Of a DNA stretch of 64,000 nucleotides, positions 13,266 to 26,658 are shown one piece after another. The stretch's first letter is position 1. Each line of letters begins with the position of its first letter. Both the position numbers and the translations under genes were made by a program. Source of the DNA: Octopus vulgaris (Eukaryota). The stretch is taken from contig OX597822.1 in assembly GCA_951406725.2 (NCBI GenBank), forward strand, positions 2,976,001-3,040,000, in the 5' to 3' direction. The notes beneath the pieces were generated by a model. That model saw only the letters and a program-made list of their open reading frames with translations. It did no database searches and was not told where the DNA came from.

Positions 13266-13494
13266 AGTGAGTGAGTGAGTGAGTGAGGTGGGGGGGGGAC
13301 GAAGAAACTAGAATGGTGTTGCTTGTTTATCACCGACAGACATATTTCCTATCACATCCACACAAGTTCATAATAATATTTGCCGAATCTGAACAGAGGA
13401 AAACCAAGTACAAATCTGGTGGGTATCCGAACTCGGGATGCAAAAAGGGGTTTAATAATGCCTAAAGACATTATGCCCGATGTTTTGTTGCTTT

Positions 13495-13780
13495 TTTTCT
13501 TTTATTCTTTTACTTGTTTCAGTCGATTGACTGTGGCCATGCTGGAGCACCACCTTTTAGCTGAACAAATTGACCTCTGGACTAATTATTTGCAAGCCTG
13601 GTGCTTATTCTATCGGTCTCTTCTGCCGAACCGTTAAGTTACGGGGATGTAAACACACAAGGCTTTGGTGGGTCTGAGGCTATAGCAGAAGACAGTTCCG
13701 CAAGGTGCCACGCAGCGGGATTGAACCCGGAATCATGTGGTTGGAAGCAAGCTTCATACCATACAGCCACAACTGCGCCT
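13495..13780 (-). mobile_element. SINE family A copy (internally deleted)
   Basis: Reverse-complement match to 51040-51480. Confidence 0.7.
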
Positions 13781-13904
13781 GATCATATTTACTTTAAAAT
13801 TTATAAGGGTTTATCACTTAGGTACAATCGATTGGACGGGTTTAGTCGAGAACATCATCGACTCAGTAATTAGCTGGTTCATGGCCTTAAACTTAACTAT
13901 TCCT

Positions 13905-14311
13905 TCTACTGTAAGCACGAGGCCTGACAATTTACGAAGAGGAGGTTAGGCGATTATATGGTTCCCAGTGCACCACTGGTACTTTTTTTATCGAACTGAA
14001 AAGGATGAGAAGCAAAGTCGATTTCGGTGGAATTTGAACTCAGAACGTAAAGAGTCGGGAGAAATGCCGCTAAAGCATTTTGTCGGGTGGGGTAACGATT
14101 CTGCTATAGGTACCATGCCTGAAATTTTGTGGAGAGAGGGCTAGTCAGATATACTGGCCACTCTGCTCAACTTGGTACTTATTTCATGGAACCCTAAACG
14201 ATAAAGCGCAAAGCCAGCCTCGGCGGAATTTGAACTCAGAACGTAAAGACGTACGAAATGCCGCTAAGCATTTTGCACGGCGTGTTAACGATACTGCCAG
14301 CTCGTTGCCTT
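13905..14311 (-). mobile_element. Two tandem SINE family B copies
   Basis: Twice ...aaagtcgacctcggcggaatttgaactcagaacgtaaag...aaatgccgctaagcatttt-like sequence. Confidence 0.75.
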
Positions 14312-14315
14312 AATG

Positions 14316-14373
<58 letters not shown>

Positions 14374-14390
14374 TAATAATAATAATAATA

Positions 14391-14845
14391 AGGGCTACAG
14401 CAAATATTCTGCTCAATACCACAGATTTGCTTATCAGTTGTTTGACCATAACCAGTTGAGCATGTCCCTTAGTAGCTGACGATATGTGCATCTCTGATCA
14501 CGAGCAGAAGTAGTGGGGGAGCATCATAGCCATGTGTTGAGAGGGATTCTTTGGGGTTTGAATGATTCACCTCTGGAAACATGGGTGTTTCATTCAACAT
14601 CCTTAAACAACCCTTAATCAGGGACCTTTTGAGTGGGATGGGTTACCCAACCAGAAGAAAATTCTAACTGGGCCCCACCCGCAAGGTCATGCGCTGTTTA
14701 TCTTGATATGAGATCCCCATGTCGCGCACATATGGTTGTGATGCATGTGCCTGGTGTACCTTTATCAGACGGGTAGTCATGATGGGTATACTGGGCTTCA
14801 TATATTTTACCCCAGTGTCACTTTGATGGCATGCACTGCTCTCTC
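14391..14845 (+). mobile_element. (TAA)n-flanked interspersed repeat, probable LINE 3' end
   Basis: (TAA)n on both sides; second copy in reverse complement at 63663-64000. Confidence 0.7.
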
Positions 14846-14878
<33 letters not shown>

Positions 14879-14880
14879 TA

Positions 14881-14912
<32 letters not shown>

Positions 14913-15282
14913 CTGGTAGTAGGACTCAGAGAGCGCTAACCTCCACCAAGGCAACCCCAACGTCCTCTCAATGATTAGCCAGAAATGATTTTTAAAATGA
15001 GAATATCTGAAATGAACTTGACTGCTTTCACAAACGAGAATGCTAAAAATGAACCCGACCGCTCTCAAAAATTAAGAAAAATATAAACATGAAAGATAAC
15101 CCAGAATACTTGTCCGGTACCGGATCGATCCAAAAATCTAGCCAGTCGGTGCCCGTCACGAGGCCAGGCATCTCTGAATGTTTCATCCGAATCCATCCAG
15201 CGTTTCTTGCGATATCATGTCTACGGACAAACAAATATGACCGAAACAATACCTTCGCTTCAGCGAAGGCGGAGGTAATAAT

Positions 15283-15497
15283 CCTTTCTATAATAAGCAT
15301 AAGGCATGGAATTTGTGGAAGAGGGCTTAGACGATTACATCGACACCAGTACACATCTGGTACTTATATTATCGAGTCTGAAAGGATGAAAGGCAAAGTC
15401 GACCTCGGTGGAGTTTGAATTCAGAACGTAACGACGGACGAAATGCCGCAAAAGTATTTTGCCCGGTATGCTAACGATTCTGCCAGTTCGTCGCCTT
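15283..15497 (-). mobile_element. SINE family B copy
   Basis: Reverse-complement match to 17786-18019 head and central domain. Confidence 0.75.
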
Positions 15498-15979
15498 AAG
15501 TGAATGAAAGACTGCGTGTCTCAGATAAAGAGGCCATTTTGTTGGGAATAAAACACATTGTTGAAAATGCTCTTAGCGGATTATTGCTATTTAATCTCAC
15601 CATATTACATACAGCATATTACAAATGTTGTTTATTAACTTTCATCAAAGACTGTCTCGACTTCATAGAGATAGCTTATATTTTATAACAATTGTTTGAT
15701 GTGTTCATTTTAGCTGCACAAACTGTGCTGTGTGTCATCTACGCATGCGCATACGATATGCATGCACATACCTGTGAGGTGCCTACACACGCGTGCACAC
15801 ACATACAAAAACAACCAACACATACGCTTGTATATACGTACTTGTGTAAGAGTGAATATATTCAATACATACATATTTACTGATATTCAAGCTTGTTTTT
15901 GTTCTTTTGTATTATATATGCACCTCATATGTTATATGTGTGTTGTGTGTGCGCTGTGTGCATATATATATATATATAT

Positions 15980-16029
<50 letters not shown>

Positions 16030-16102
16030 GAGTATATGCATATATATGTATATATATATATATACATACATATACATATACATACATAGATGGATACACA
16101 CC

Positions 16103-16145
<43 letters not shown>

Positions 16146-16192
16146 ACTAATAACGAAATATATAAATATTTGTGTGCGTGTGTGTGTGTATG

Positions 16193-16238
<46 letters not shown>

Positions 16239-16636
16239 CATATATATATATATATGTGTGTGTATGTATATATATATATACACATGTATATATATACACA
16301 TGTGTGTGTGTATGTATATATATATATACACATGTATATATATACACATGTGTGTGTATATATATATACACACACATATATTTGTATGCGCTAGTATGTG
16401 TGTGTAGGTTAAAGTACATACTTATAGAGGAAACTGATAATTACTCTTACCCACGCTCACACACATACACACACAAATATGAACGTATAGTGAGAGAAAG
16501 CGAGTGAGAGAAAGCGAGTGAGAGCAGTATTGGTATATGTACATATATTTATCTCTGTTTCCGACAGGAAACAATTTTCCTGGCCCATAGCCATATGTAA
16601 CTGTATGTGCGTGCGTGCGTGCGTGCATGCGTGTGC

Positions 16637-16691
<55 letters not shown>

Positions 16692-17785
16692 TGTAGGTAG
16701 GTAGGTAAGTGTGTGCCTTTAGATGTGTGTGTGTTAACTCTACATGTATACTTGTATATATTTGTGTATAACAATCGGTAACATACCTCTGTAACAGTCC
16801 TGTTGTACAACCGACTCCCACCATTTAAGTGCTCTTAATTGCAGAAGCCAGGTCGGCAGAGTCGTTAGAGTGCCAAAGATAATGTTTTGTATTTATTCCA
16901 ATATTCGACGTTCCGAGTTCGAATTCTTCCGCAAGCGACCTTACCTTTTTATGTTGTTTTTTTTTTCATCGTTCCATGTGGATAAATATAATATCTGTGT
17001 ATGATGCAATCGTTGTTGTATTTCTTCCAGCATTTTTGCGTCTGGAGTTCGAATTTCACTGAGGCCAAGGATCCATTTCGTTTATCTGGAGTCTATAAAT
17101 AAGCTATCGAACTAGAGCGAAAACGTTTGAATGCTTTGGAACGAGTAAGCACTTGGGGTCCAGATAAGGCTTTGTTGCTGAATTTTATGTTCAATAAGTG
17201 GTTTATACTTCTACAATACACAAAACATTAAAAAATAGTAATTTTTTATAAAAATACGGTAGGATTTTTAAAAAATATACATCAAATGGTTATGGTGGTC
17301 CAGTAGAGTAAAACTGAAATCAAAGTAGTCAATAAGCAAAAAATGGTTGATATCCATTTGTCAACGGTTCCCAGCTGAGGTCCTTATAAGAGTTTTGACG
17401 GTCCATGCAAACAGAATAGTTAATTGGGGATTCATGTTTTAAGGGTCCACGAAAAATTTTTTGGTCTCAGATGTATTTATTGCAAGAAACAGATAAGTTT
17501 GTTCCTTTAATCTTGTACATAGTTTAACAAACATCGTAGATCTCGGGCAGTCGAGTGTCCATCATTGATAAGACCAGGGAAGGTCGAAATCACGTGAGAT
17601 AGTGGTCTCGGCGCTTGAGGTGGCGGTGATTTATCTCCCCGCTAACGATATAAGCAAAAATACATTCTTACATGGCTGTATGGTTAAGAATTTCACTTCT
17701 GTTGGTCAGTCGACCTGGGATAAACAGTAGCAAATGACTCCCAAATCATGCCCTATATTTCTGAGCTGAAAGAAACTGCACAGCA

Positions 17786-18019
17786 AAAGGGCGGCGAGCT
17801 GGCAGAATCGTTAGTACGCCGGGCGAAATGCTTAGAAATATTTCGTCTGCCGTTACGTTCTAAGTTCAAATTCCGTCGAGGTCGACTTTGCCTTTCATCA
17901 TTTCGGGGTTGATAAATTAAGTACCAGTTACACACTGGGATCGATGTAATCGACTTAACCCCTTTGTCTGTCCTTGTTTGTTCCCTCTACGTTTAGCCCC
18001 TTGTGGGCACTAAAGAAAT
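17786..18019 (+). mobile_element. Full-length SINE family B with 16-bp target-site duplication
   Basis: A-box-like tggcagaatcgttag, B-box gttcaaattcc, central gactttgcctttcatcatttcggggttgataaa domain. TSD aagaaactgcacagca at 17770-17785 and 18020-18035. Confidence 0.9.
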
Positions 18020-18121
18020 AAGAAACTGCACAGCAGAGAACATAGTTCAAGGTACACTTACTACACTTAAAATGAAAAGAAATGTTAATCCCGTCAAGTA
18101 TATCATATATTCATATATAAA

Positions 18122-18420
18122 AGAGTGTCGTTTAGTGGTTAGTGTGTTCGTGTCACAATCGTAAAGTCGTGAGTTCGACTCCCGGCGGTGCATCGGGTCC
18201 TTCAGAAACACTTCATTTCACGTTACTCCAATCCACTCACCTGGAAGAAATGAATTACACTTGTTACTCAATGGGTTTAGCCTTGTTACCTTCCGTATGT
18301 CACATTGAACCGCCCTGAGAACTACGTTAAGTGTACGCGTGTCTGCGGAGTGCTAAGCCACTTTTCATGTTAATTTCGCGGCCTTTCTGTTCCACTGATC
18401 GAATGCCCAGCCAACAGTGA
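18122..18420 (+). mobile_element. Diverged tRNA-derived SINE
   Basis: tttagtggttagtgtgttcg A-box and gagttcgactcccgg B-box; related remnants near 44110-44235(-) and 45140-45270(+). Confidence 0.55.
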
Positions 18421-19069
18421 AATCTTTAAAGTAGGCGTACATGATTTCGGTGAGATTTTGTTATTATTTCTGGCAAGTCTCACAGACACCTATAGGTTCT
18501 CTCTTTTTCCTTATGAATCATGTTATTCGAGCGGGCTGATTTGTTAGCACGCCAGACAAAATGCTTAGTGGAATTTCGTCCGTTTTTAAATCATCTGCTA
18601 TGGCTGATTTCATTGGAGCTGGCAGAAACATTTGCATGCCGGATAAAATGCTTTGTAGCATTTCGTCAGAATTTCTGACTTCAAACTTTGTCGTTCATCT
18701 TTACGGGGTCGATAAAAAAGGTACCAGTCGATGCAGTCGAGTAGCCTTCGTCCACAAATATTCCAGGCCTTGTACTTATAGCAGAAAACAGAAAGGATTC
18801 TAGTTGTTTAAATTCACAACCCAGTTCAGACATGTTCAAAGTAGCGCTTCTAGATATGACCAGTCTACAAGAGGTTAGCAAATCAGACCACCTATGTCTA
18901 TGCTTTTGTTATTATTGTAGTTGTTGTTTTTATTACTTGTGGTGACTGTAGTTGTAATGTTTATCCGCAAGCACACCTTGACCATGAGGACTGGTGGTTC
19001 TTGACCATTTTATTTTCATCCATGGACCCCCTTCATAACAGTTTAATTCTGGTGGACGTCCATAACCAT

Positions 19070-19387
19070 AACCAATCTCTCGTGGAAGCGCCATCCAACC
19101 AAAATGCAAATATATGGGAAACTACCACCTTTATCATCTCTTGTGAAAGGTAGGAGAGTCCAGTTTGCTGGACATTGTTGTAGAGCTGAAAACGAGGCAA
19201 TTTCTACTCTTCTCCTCTGGAAGCCATCTACTCGCAATACCAGAGGGCGCACACTCTCCTACCCTGATGTAATCTCCAGGGATACAGGCATCCAGCAACA
19301 TGACCTCCGTAATGCCATGATGGACCGTGAAGTCTGGCGTAGCATGGTAAATTCCATTGTCTCGACCACGGTCGAACAATGATGATG
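19070..19387 (+). mobile_element. 5'-truncated RTE-type LINE 3' end
   Basis: ORF 19104-19382 has RRVQFAGHCCR...LLLWKP...GR...MMDREVWR, a typical RTE ORF C-terminus. (TGA)n tail; candidate TSD ataaccat at 19062-19069/19388-19395. Confidence 0.85.
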
Positions 19388-20677
19388 ATAACCATTCGAT
19401 GTTTAAAAACCAGTTTTACAGATACTTCTTTCAAAATTCCTATTTCGTTTATCACACGGTAATTTGTTTAGGTTTGTAATAAGTGAGACCACGTTTCACT
19501 CGCCAGAAACATGTTAAATTAAATATATTAGCGACGGAGGCAGTATTGATTACGAGAGGTAATATTTATATCTACTCAAACGTGGATGTTCTGTTGGAAT
19601 AAACTATACTGGAGCTGATACCACGAGAGAAACGCTCACATGGGCTTTTCGTGCCAAAATGTATTTTTGCTTATATCGTTAGCGGGGAGATAAATCAGCC
19701 GCACGCATACACACAACACACGCAAGCATACATGCAAAATATAGTAGTATTGTGTGTGCCTCTGTCTATCTCTGTCTATATCTATGTGTGTGTACACATG
19801 TGTATATGTATATACATATTTATCGATCACATACATATATACATGCATAAGTATGGAGAGACAGACAGGCATACCTGTCCCTAGATAATGCTTTAAACCA
19901 AAGTTAAAGATGGGTTATTTTTCTGTAAATCAATATATCGCACGCCTATGACCGAAATTATGTTTCAGACGTAGGTAGGATGTAATGAGGACTTCATTCC
20001 GTTACTCTAAAGTGATAAAGTAGGAACAATACAATTTGATTGGCATCACGTAGCCAATTTCCAGCAAGGCAATGGTTTCTTTTGATACCGATTCAACCAG
20101 TTAGACTATTTGTTATAATTATAGAGATAGAACATATTTTTGATAACGACACGTTGAGATTAACTCTGTTCTTCTATTAAGGAGCTCTGTTGTTTTAGTT
20201 AATATCCGGAATATTTTCTCACTGCAGGAATATCAGGAAGTTCTTCCGTTAATATATTTGTTACTGAAGGCCAAAATATAGCATGAAGTTGTTTTTTTTT
20301 TAATTTGTGTGCTTCTTCTTTAATTGCCATACATAAATCAACAAGGCTGTTAGCTTTATTCGTATTTGCGAGGTACGTCCTGTCCTTGCTATAGAATCTG
20401 ACAATACGCAATTGTCACTATCAATAATCGTTGAATAAGAATTTCCTCCAAGCATAAATGTCTGAGTAATTATATGTAGAGAGGCTTGAGTTAGCATGAA
20501 CAATATATTTACATTTACACAAACCCTAGGTACTGAAGCTCTTTTGAATTTCGCTGCAGAGTTATTCTATAAGTAGACATTTAAAAATGCAACTGCTTGA
20601 TTCTGTCTTTCCTTTTCTCTCTCCTCAGTTCCTCTTCCTCTCACTCTCTCTCAATCTCTCTATCTCAATCTCTCGCT

Positions 20678-20728
<51 letters not shown>

Positions 20729-21044
20729 ATCCTCTTTTTCTCTGATCCTCTTTTCTCTTCTTCCGTCATGCTATATTCCTGTGAATGTATGTGTACATAT
20801 ATAAGCATATGTGTGTGTGTGTATGTGTGTGTGTACGTCCGTGCGCGTATATGAGCATATGTATGGGTATGTGTGTATATAGTTATATATGTACATTCTA
20901 TATGTGTATATATAATATTGTGGCAATATATATGTATATATTTATATATACTTATATATATAGGTTTACATGCACATATATAAACACATACATATACATC
21001 TGTGTGAATATATGAATGTATGTATGTTTGTATGTATGTATCTG

Positions 21045-21093
<49 letters not shown>

Positions 21094-21770
21094 CTATCTA
21101 TCATACATGCATATCTCAGTGTGTGTATATGTGCACATTTGTGAATGCAATTTCCCTTGCACTGATATGGGTACTGATATTGGTATGAATGTATATACGG
21201 GTATGCTTATGTATGTACACAAACACACACAGACACAGACACACACACACACACATACACACTCACACACACGCGTATGCAAATGTGTATGCATGGACGT
21301 GTATATGAATAAACATGTACGTGTTAAATAAATTTTAACATAATAATATTTTCAAAATAAAATTAAGAATAAAAAAGAAAGACAGTAAAACATTGCAAAG
21401 AACCATTAAAGTCAGGTTTTCCCTTATTAACGACAATTTTAGCAAAATGCTGCAAATAGATGTCAATCTTAATGAAAGAGCATTGCTAAAGGATCTCAAG
21501 TATTATTACCATTAATAGCATGTTATTAGCAGCTAGCGCCACCAATTGGTGGTTTAGAGCGGAAATAAACAACAACAAACCAATTTGAAATGAACGTGCT
21601 AGAAAGCTAGGAGAGTTTTTTTTTTGTTCATGTTATTTTTGTTTTTGTTTTGGTGTTCTTGGGTTTATTTTTGTTTCTTAAAGAGAGAGAGGAAATTAGC
21701 AATAAAATATAGAACTTCCTGTCTGTAGAAAAGTACACACACACATTTCACCCATGAAATTACGTATATA

Positions 21771-21815
<45 letters not shown>

Positions 21816-22011
21816 CACCCATTTGCGGCACCTGCCAGAGGCAGTGTTTGTCCAGGATAGGACTACACAGCCACAGCAGGAAATGAATTAGGACATGAAA
21901 TGTAAAAGCCGGACTAGATTATTTTATGCGCAACTCCATTGTCTCCCGAGACAAAAAGGATGCCAACAATATATATATATAAATATTTTTGTATATATAT
22001 ATATATGTATA

Positions 22012-22067
<56 letters not shown>

Positions 22068-22330
22068 GTATATATATATATATACATATTTATATATTTA
22101 TGTATATATATATATGTGTGTGTGTATATATACATATATATATATATCTATAAACATATATATATATATATTTATATATATATTTATATATGTATATATA
22201 TATATATTTATATACATATATATATATGTACACACATATATATACGTATACATATATATGTACATATATATATATATTTGTATATATGTATATGTATATA
22301 TATATGTATATTGTATATGTAAATATATTG

Positions 22331-22399
<69 letters not shown>

Positions 22400-22402
<3 letters not shown>

Positions 22403-22580
22403 TAATCCAAACAAGAAAACAAAAACAAAAAAACAACATCGCAAGGACGTGGAACAAAGAAAGTATTATTGGACGCTCAGGAAAGAAGAGAAGAAGGAGG
22501 GTTTGACGTTTCGAGCGGAGCTCTTCGTCGGAAACATAGGAGAAGGAAAGATCCAGAGAAGGGAAGACAGGGGAAAAAAA
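22400..22580 (-). mobile_element. (TA)n-adjacent short element with minimal hammerhead motif at 22501-22535
   Basis: Minus strand reads gttt CCGACGA A GAGC tcc GCTC GAAAC GTC aaac: 4-bp stem I, 4-bp stem II, minimal stem III, one core change (U4C). Confidence 0.6.
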
Positions 22581-23409
22581 TATGTTCAAAGTGAGGCTCA
22601 GTGAGCCAATACTCGGTAGTTCTCGTTCTCGATTTTCAGATCCGATGATCAAAATCGAGAAACTCGGTACAACGTGTTTATATGTCTGTGTGTGTTTGTA
22701 TGCGGGTTTGTGTGTGTATCTGTGTGTGAGTGTGTATGTGTGCGTGTTCGCACGCGTGCCTAGGATTTTAACGTTACATTCCTGAGATTGTACATGCTGT
22801 AACGTCACACTGCACCATGATACGTTAAATGCGCAGAAGCTCGTATGATATTCCCAATGAAGGACACCCTTAAGTATATACCGACTGCTACTAATCATCG
22901 CCAGTTTAAATGAATTGGTTAATCAAATGGTCATCCTCATAATGAAGGTATTTTCAAATTGGGACCTAAAAATCTTCAAGCTGACAAGTAGAGCAAGACA
23001 ATTCCGTCTGGATATTATCAGCATGGATCCTCGAGACGGAAGGCTTTCGCTTTTGGGCCCTTCGTGATATGGAAGTGAGATTTTCTCTCAGAAAGTCATG
23101 GTGCTTTCTCTTGGATCTCCGGGTTCCGCACCTAGTGACCGAATAAACAAGGCTTCACGTAGGCCCCGGTCTTACACACACACGCACACAGTTATACATG
23201 CGCTCATGTTTTAGGTCGTTTCTCGAGTTAAGTTGCATGTCTTGAGACCTGATGTAAGCCATTATTGCTTCTTCGCGTTGCTTAAGACAATGACGTTAAT
23301 TATCTCATCATATGCAACAGTTAATTTGCTTCATTGCATTCTGTTAATACTTTCTTGAGGAAAGGCTATGATCCTGTACCACAAAATAAAACCCTTCAGT
23401 CTCAGCTAA

Positions 23410-24261
23410 TACAGGGTATCCGGGCTAAAGTTTACGACATTTTATGTCTCCTTTTTTTTTCAGGAACAGCTTGAGGTATGGGTAAACTGTAAACAGCATT
23501 GAAGAGCGTAAAAATTAAAGTTTCAGTTGAAACTAAGTTAGCTGACATGGAGGACTGGAGGCCATCTGAAGATTGGCGCCGGGTATCAAAATGCCGGGTA
23601 TCATCATAGTTGCTGAATGCTCTATGAACTCTGTAAATGCTGTAAGACGTGATATGGACAGCTGCAACGAGGTATACGAAGCGGTGGCCAGTAGGGAGGC
23701 GTTCAGACTTCATCCGCGCGTTGGAGCTCGTCTCCACATCTTTGAACAGAACCTGAGGATCGATTTAGACGGTAACGTAAAACTGCTGGAGACTGTGGTC
23801 AATCTTTGGCTGGAGAGGATTACTGCAAGAAGGTCATATGTGTGGCAGCAGGATCCGGCTCCTCGCTGTACTTCTGGGAAGAGTGAGAAGTGGTTGTCGG
23901 AGAATTCCTACAACTTCACCAGCCTCAATATCTGGCCACTGATTCTGCCGGTTGTAATCCCTCCCCCCCCCCCATGGATTATTATGTGTAAGGAAAGACA
24001 CCAAGGTCAAGGTGGTGGCCAAGATCAAGGTGTTCAAATATTTTCTCAGGGAAATAATGAAGGACGCATGCGCCAGGTTCCGGAGTCATCATGATGTCGC
24101 GGTGGAAGCTGAAAGCCGCTATTCTAAGCAAAACTGTTATCTCCCAGCCGTAATCTAGTTGATATTTTTGATTTTTTTGAAAACACTTTTATTTTTGAAT
24201 GATACATTGAGTTTTCTTTCACTTTTATGCAAACTGTTAAGTTTAACCCAGACACATTATA
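23410..24261 (+). mobile_element. Decayed, internally deleted Tc1/mariner (DD37D/maT-like) transposon
   Basis: ORF 23573-24094 contains YVWQQDPAPRCTSGKSEKWLSEN...IWP (second catalytic D region). Degenerate TIRs ta-cagggtatccgggctaaagtt / aagtttaacccagacacatta-ta. Confidence 0.75.
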
Positions 24262-24297
24262 TTTCTACGTTTCCCAAACTGTCATGTTATTTTTCTT

Positions 24298-24715
24298 GGA
24301 TCTTTTCGGTTTGACCGGCAGTTTTTTTCTAGCGGTGTCATATGAAATTGTCACCAATAATTATGATCCTAGCATCGATCTATTGCATTTCAATCTGTTT
24401 GAGGGTTATGGTTACTTAGGGTTAGGGGTGGGGGAAGGGTATCTTTTTTTCTTCAGAAATGTAAATAAACCTAATCTAAACGAGGGACATATTCATACGG
24501 CACAGAATGTTTTCACCTCAATAGACGTCATTGATTGGTTGAAATTGCAGAAATTGAAGAAAAAACAACAAATAGCTTACAAACTATAGAATTTTCTCAA
24601 TAAAGCCAAGAGAAAAAGATGATTTATAAACACATTCTACCAGTATACGAAGTTGAAAAGTGTTTAGTTACGTGGAAATTATTTTTAAAAACTGCCGGTC
24701 AAACCGAAATGATCC
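24298..24715. mobile_element. MITE with 28-bp TIRs and 8-bp TSD (Merlin-like)
   Basis: TIRs ggatcttttcggtttgaccggcagtttt (24298-24325) and aaaactgccggtcaaaccgaaatgatcc (24688-24715), 1 mismatch. TSD tttttctt at 24290-24297 and 24716-24723. Confidence 0.85.
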
Positions 24716-24922
24716 TTTTTCTTTGTCTATTTCGTCTCCCTTGGTTTGCTTCTCGCGAATTGGCTACACAGGTGATATTCTTACTATCGTTTGAGCAAAA
24801 AATTTTGTAGTTCCAAGTTTTGTCCTTTCACGATTTCTGTCCAGTCTCCTTTTGCTTCAGGACGGTCATGGTGAGCTGAAACTAGTTCAATGTTCAATTC
24901 AATTCAATACTACTACAGTGTA

Positions 24923-25135
24923 AGGCGGCGATCAGGCAGAATGGTTAGCACGCCGGGCAAAACGGTTAGTGGCATTTCGTCCGGCATCACGTCCTGAGTT
25001 CAAATTCTGCTGAGGTCGACATTGCCTTTCATCATTTCGGGGTCGATAAAACAAGTGCCAGTTGAACACTCGGGTCGATGTGATCGACTTATATCCGCTG
25101 CCAATATTGTTGGTCTTGTGCCAAAATTTGAAATC
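24923..25135 (+). mobile_element. SINE family B copy
   Basis: Head and central domain as at 17786. Confidence 0.8.
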
Positions 25136-25899
25136 AATTATACTACTACGTCTTCTGGTGTTTAATTTGTATGCAGTCAGCCATCCTAGTCAAACACCCC
25201 GCCCCCCACTACTGACATTCAAGAACATTCTATGGTATTAGTTTTAAATTAACTCTGCTTTCCATGCCACAAACACTTGTTTAATCTCAGGCGAGATATT
25301 AAAGTAGCAAGAAAACAAAGCCAAACAAAGAAACAGTCTTCACTCACGAAACTCTATTTTCGGTTCGGTTTTCTGTCGTGACTTTCCGTTTTCTGGCTTT
25401 CTCACGACTTTCTCTGACGATCTATAGAAAGTAATCAATGAGTTAATTAATTTGGTAATTAAAAAGTAGCGGAGGTTAAGACACCAGATAAACACTTTTA
25501 CTAAGATTCTGAAATATATGCACTCGTTTGCAATACGTCATCAAGTGCATTGTGTGTGTGTGTGTATGTGTGTGTGTGTGTGTATGTGTGTGTGTGTGTG
25601 TGCATACGCGAATGCACATGCGCACGCACACGCGGGCGCACGCACAGGCTGACAGTCACACGCGCCTGCGCACACACACGTGCAAATGGACGATATATAC
25701 TATGTATAAAGTTTTCGTCTGCACGAGTGCAGAACGACCAATTACATTTCGCACATACACACACACACAGGCAAATTTATATAGGTGTGACAGTGTGGTA
25801 GAAAGTTTGTTTTTCAACCTGATGGTTCTGGGTTCTGTTCCATTGCGCAGGAACGACCAAAGCCTCGTCAGTGTGTTTGGAAGACTGAAAAATGAAAGA

Positions 25900-25972
<73 letters not shown>

Positions 25973-26025
25973 AAAATATTAAAATTAATAAGTCTCTCTA
26001 AAGGAGATTACGGCAGCGTTACTGG

Positions 26026-26363
26026 ATATTAATAGTTATCGCCATACTAATATGTAATGGACGCAGGTTCGTGTGTCATATAGCTAGCTAGAGGCGATGG
26101 CCTCTTGGAGCTAATCAGCGACAGCTTTAGTCTTATTTATAGACTGCCATATTAGTATGGCGATAACTATTAATATATTATAATAAGGGTTAGGCAAAAG
26201 CTTTTGCTTCACCACACACCGAACTTTAGAAATAGCAGCCAAAAAAACCTAGCTATTTCTTCTAGTGTAAGAAACAACTCCCAGACAATATTGTTTTTTG
26301 GCTGCTATTTCTAAAGTTCGGTGTGTGGTGTAGCAAATTCTTTTGCCTAACCCTTATTATAAT
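26026..26363. repeat. Two abutting inverted repeats in a (TA)n-embedded insert
   Basis: Perfect 29-bp arms 26026-26054/26148-26176, then ~70-bp arms 26177-26249/26293-26363. Confidence 0.9.
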
Positions 26364-26457
26364 AAATATTGCTTAAATTTACCGATAACGGTCTTTTACA
26401 TACCGAATCACTACTTGGTGGAATTATTAATTATAATTAATTAATTTAATTTTACCT

Positions 26458-26508
<51 letters not shown>

Positions 26509-26591
26509 GTTTATATATTTGTTGTGCAAGATTTTTTATGTATAAACTGCCAAAATGACCATTCCGAAATATAACAATATATATATATATT

Positions 26592-26658
<67 letters not shown>

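Noticed and set aside
20199-20411. 70-aa non-repetitive minus-strand ORF
   Set aside because: No recognisable motif and no convincing splice signals.
21895-22898. ORFs of 203 aa and 266 aa
   Set aside because: (TA)n-derived YIYI repeats; same for the great majority of the ORF track.
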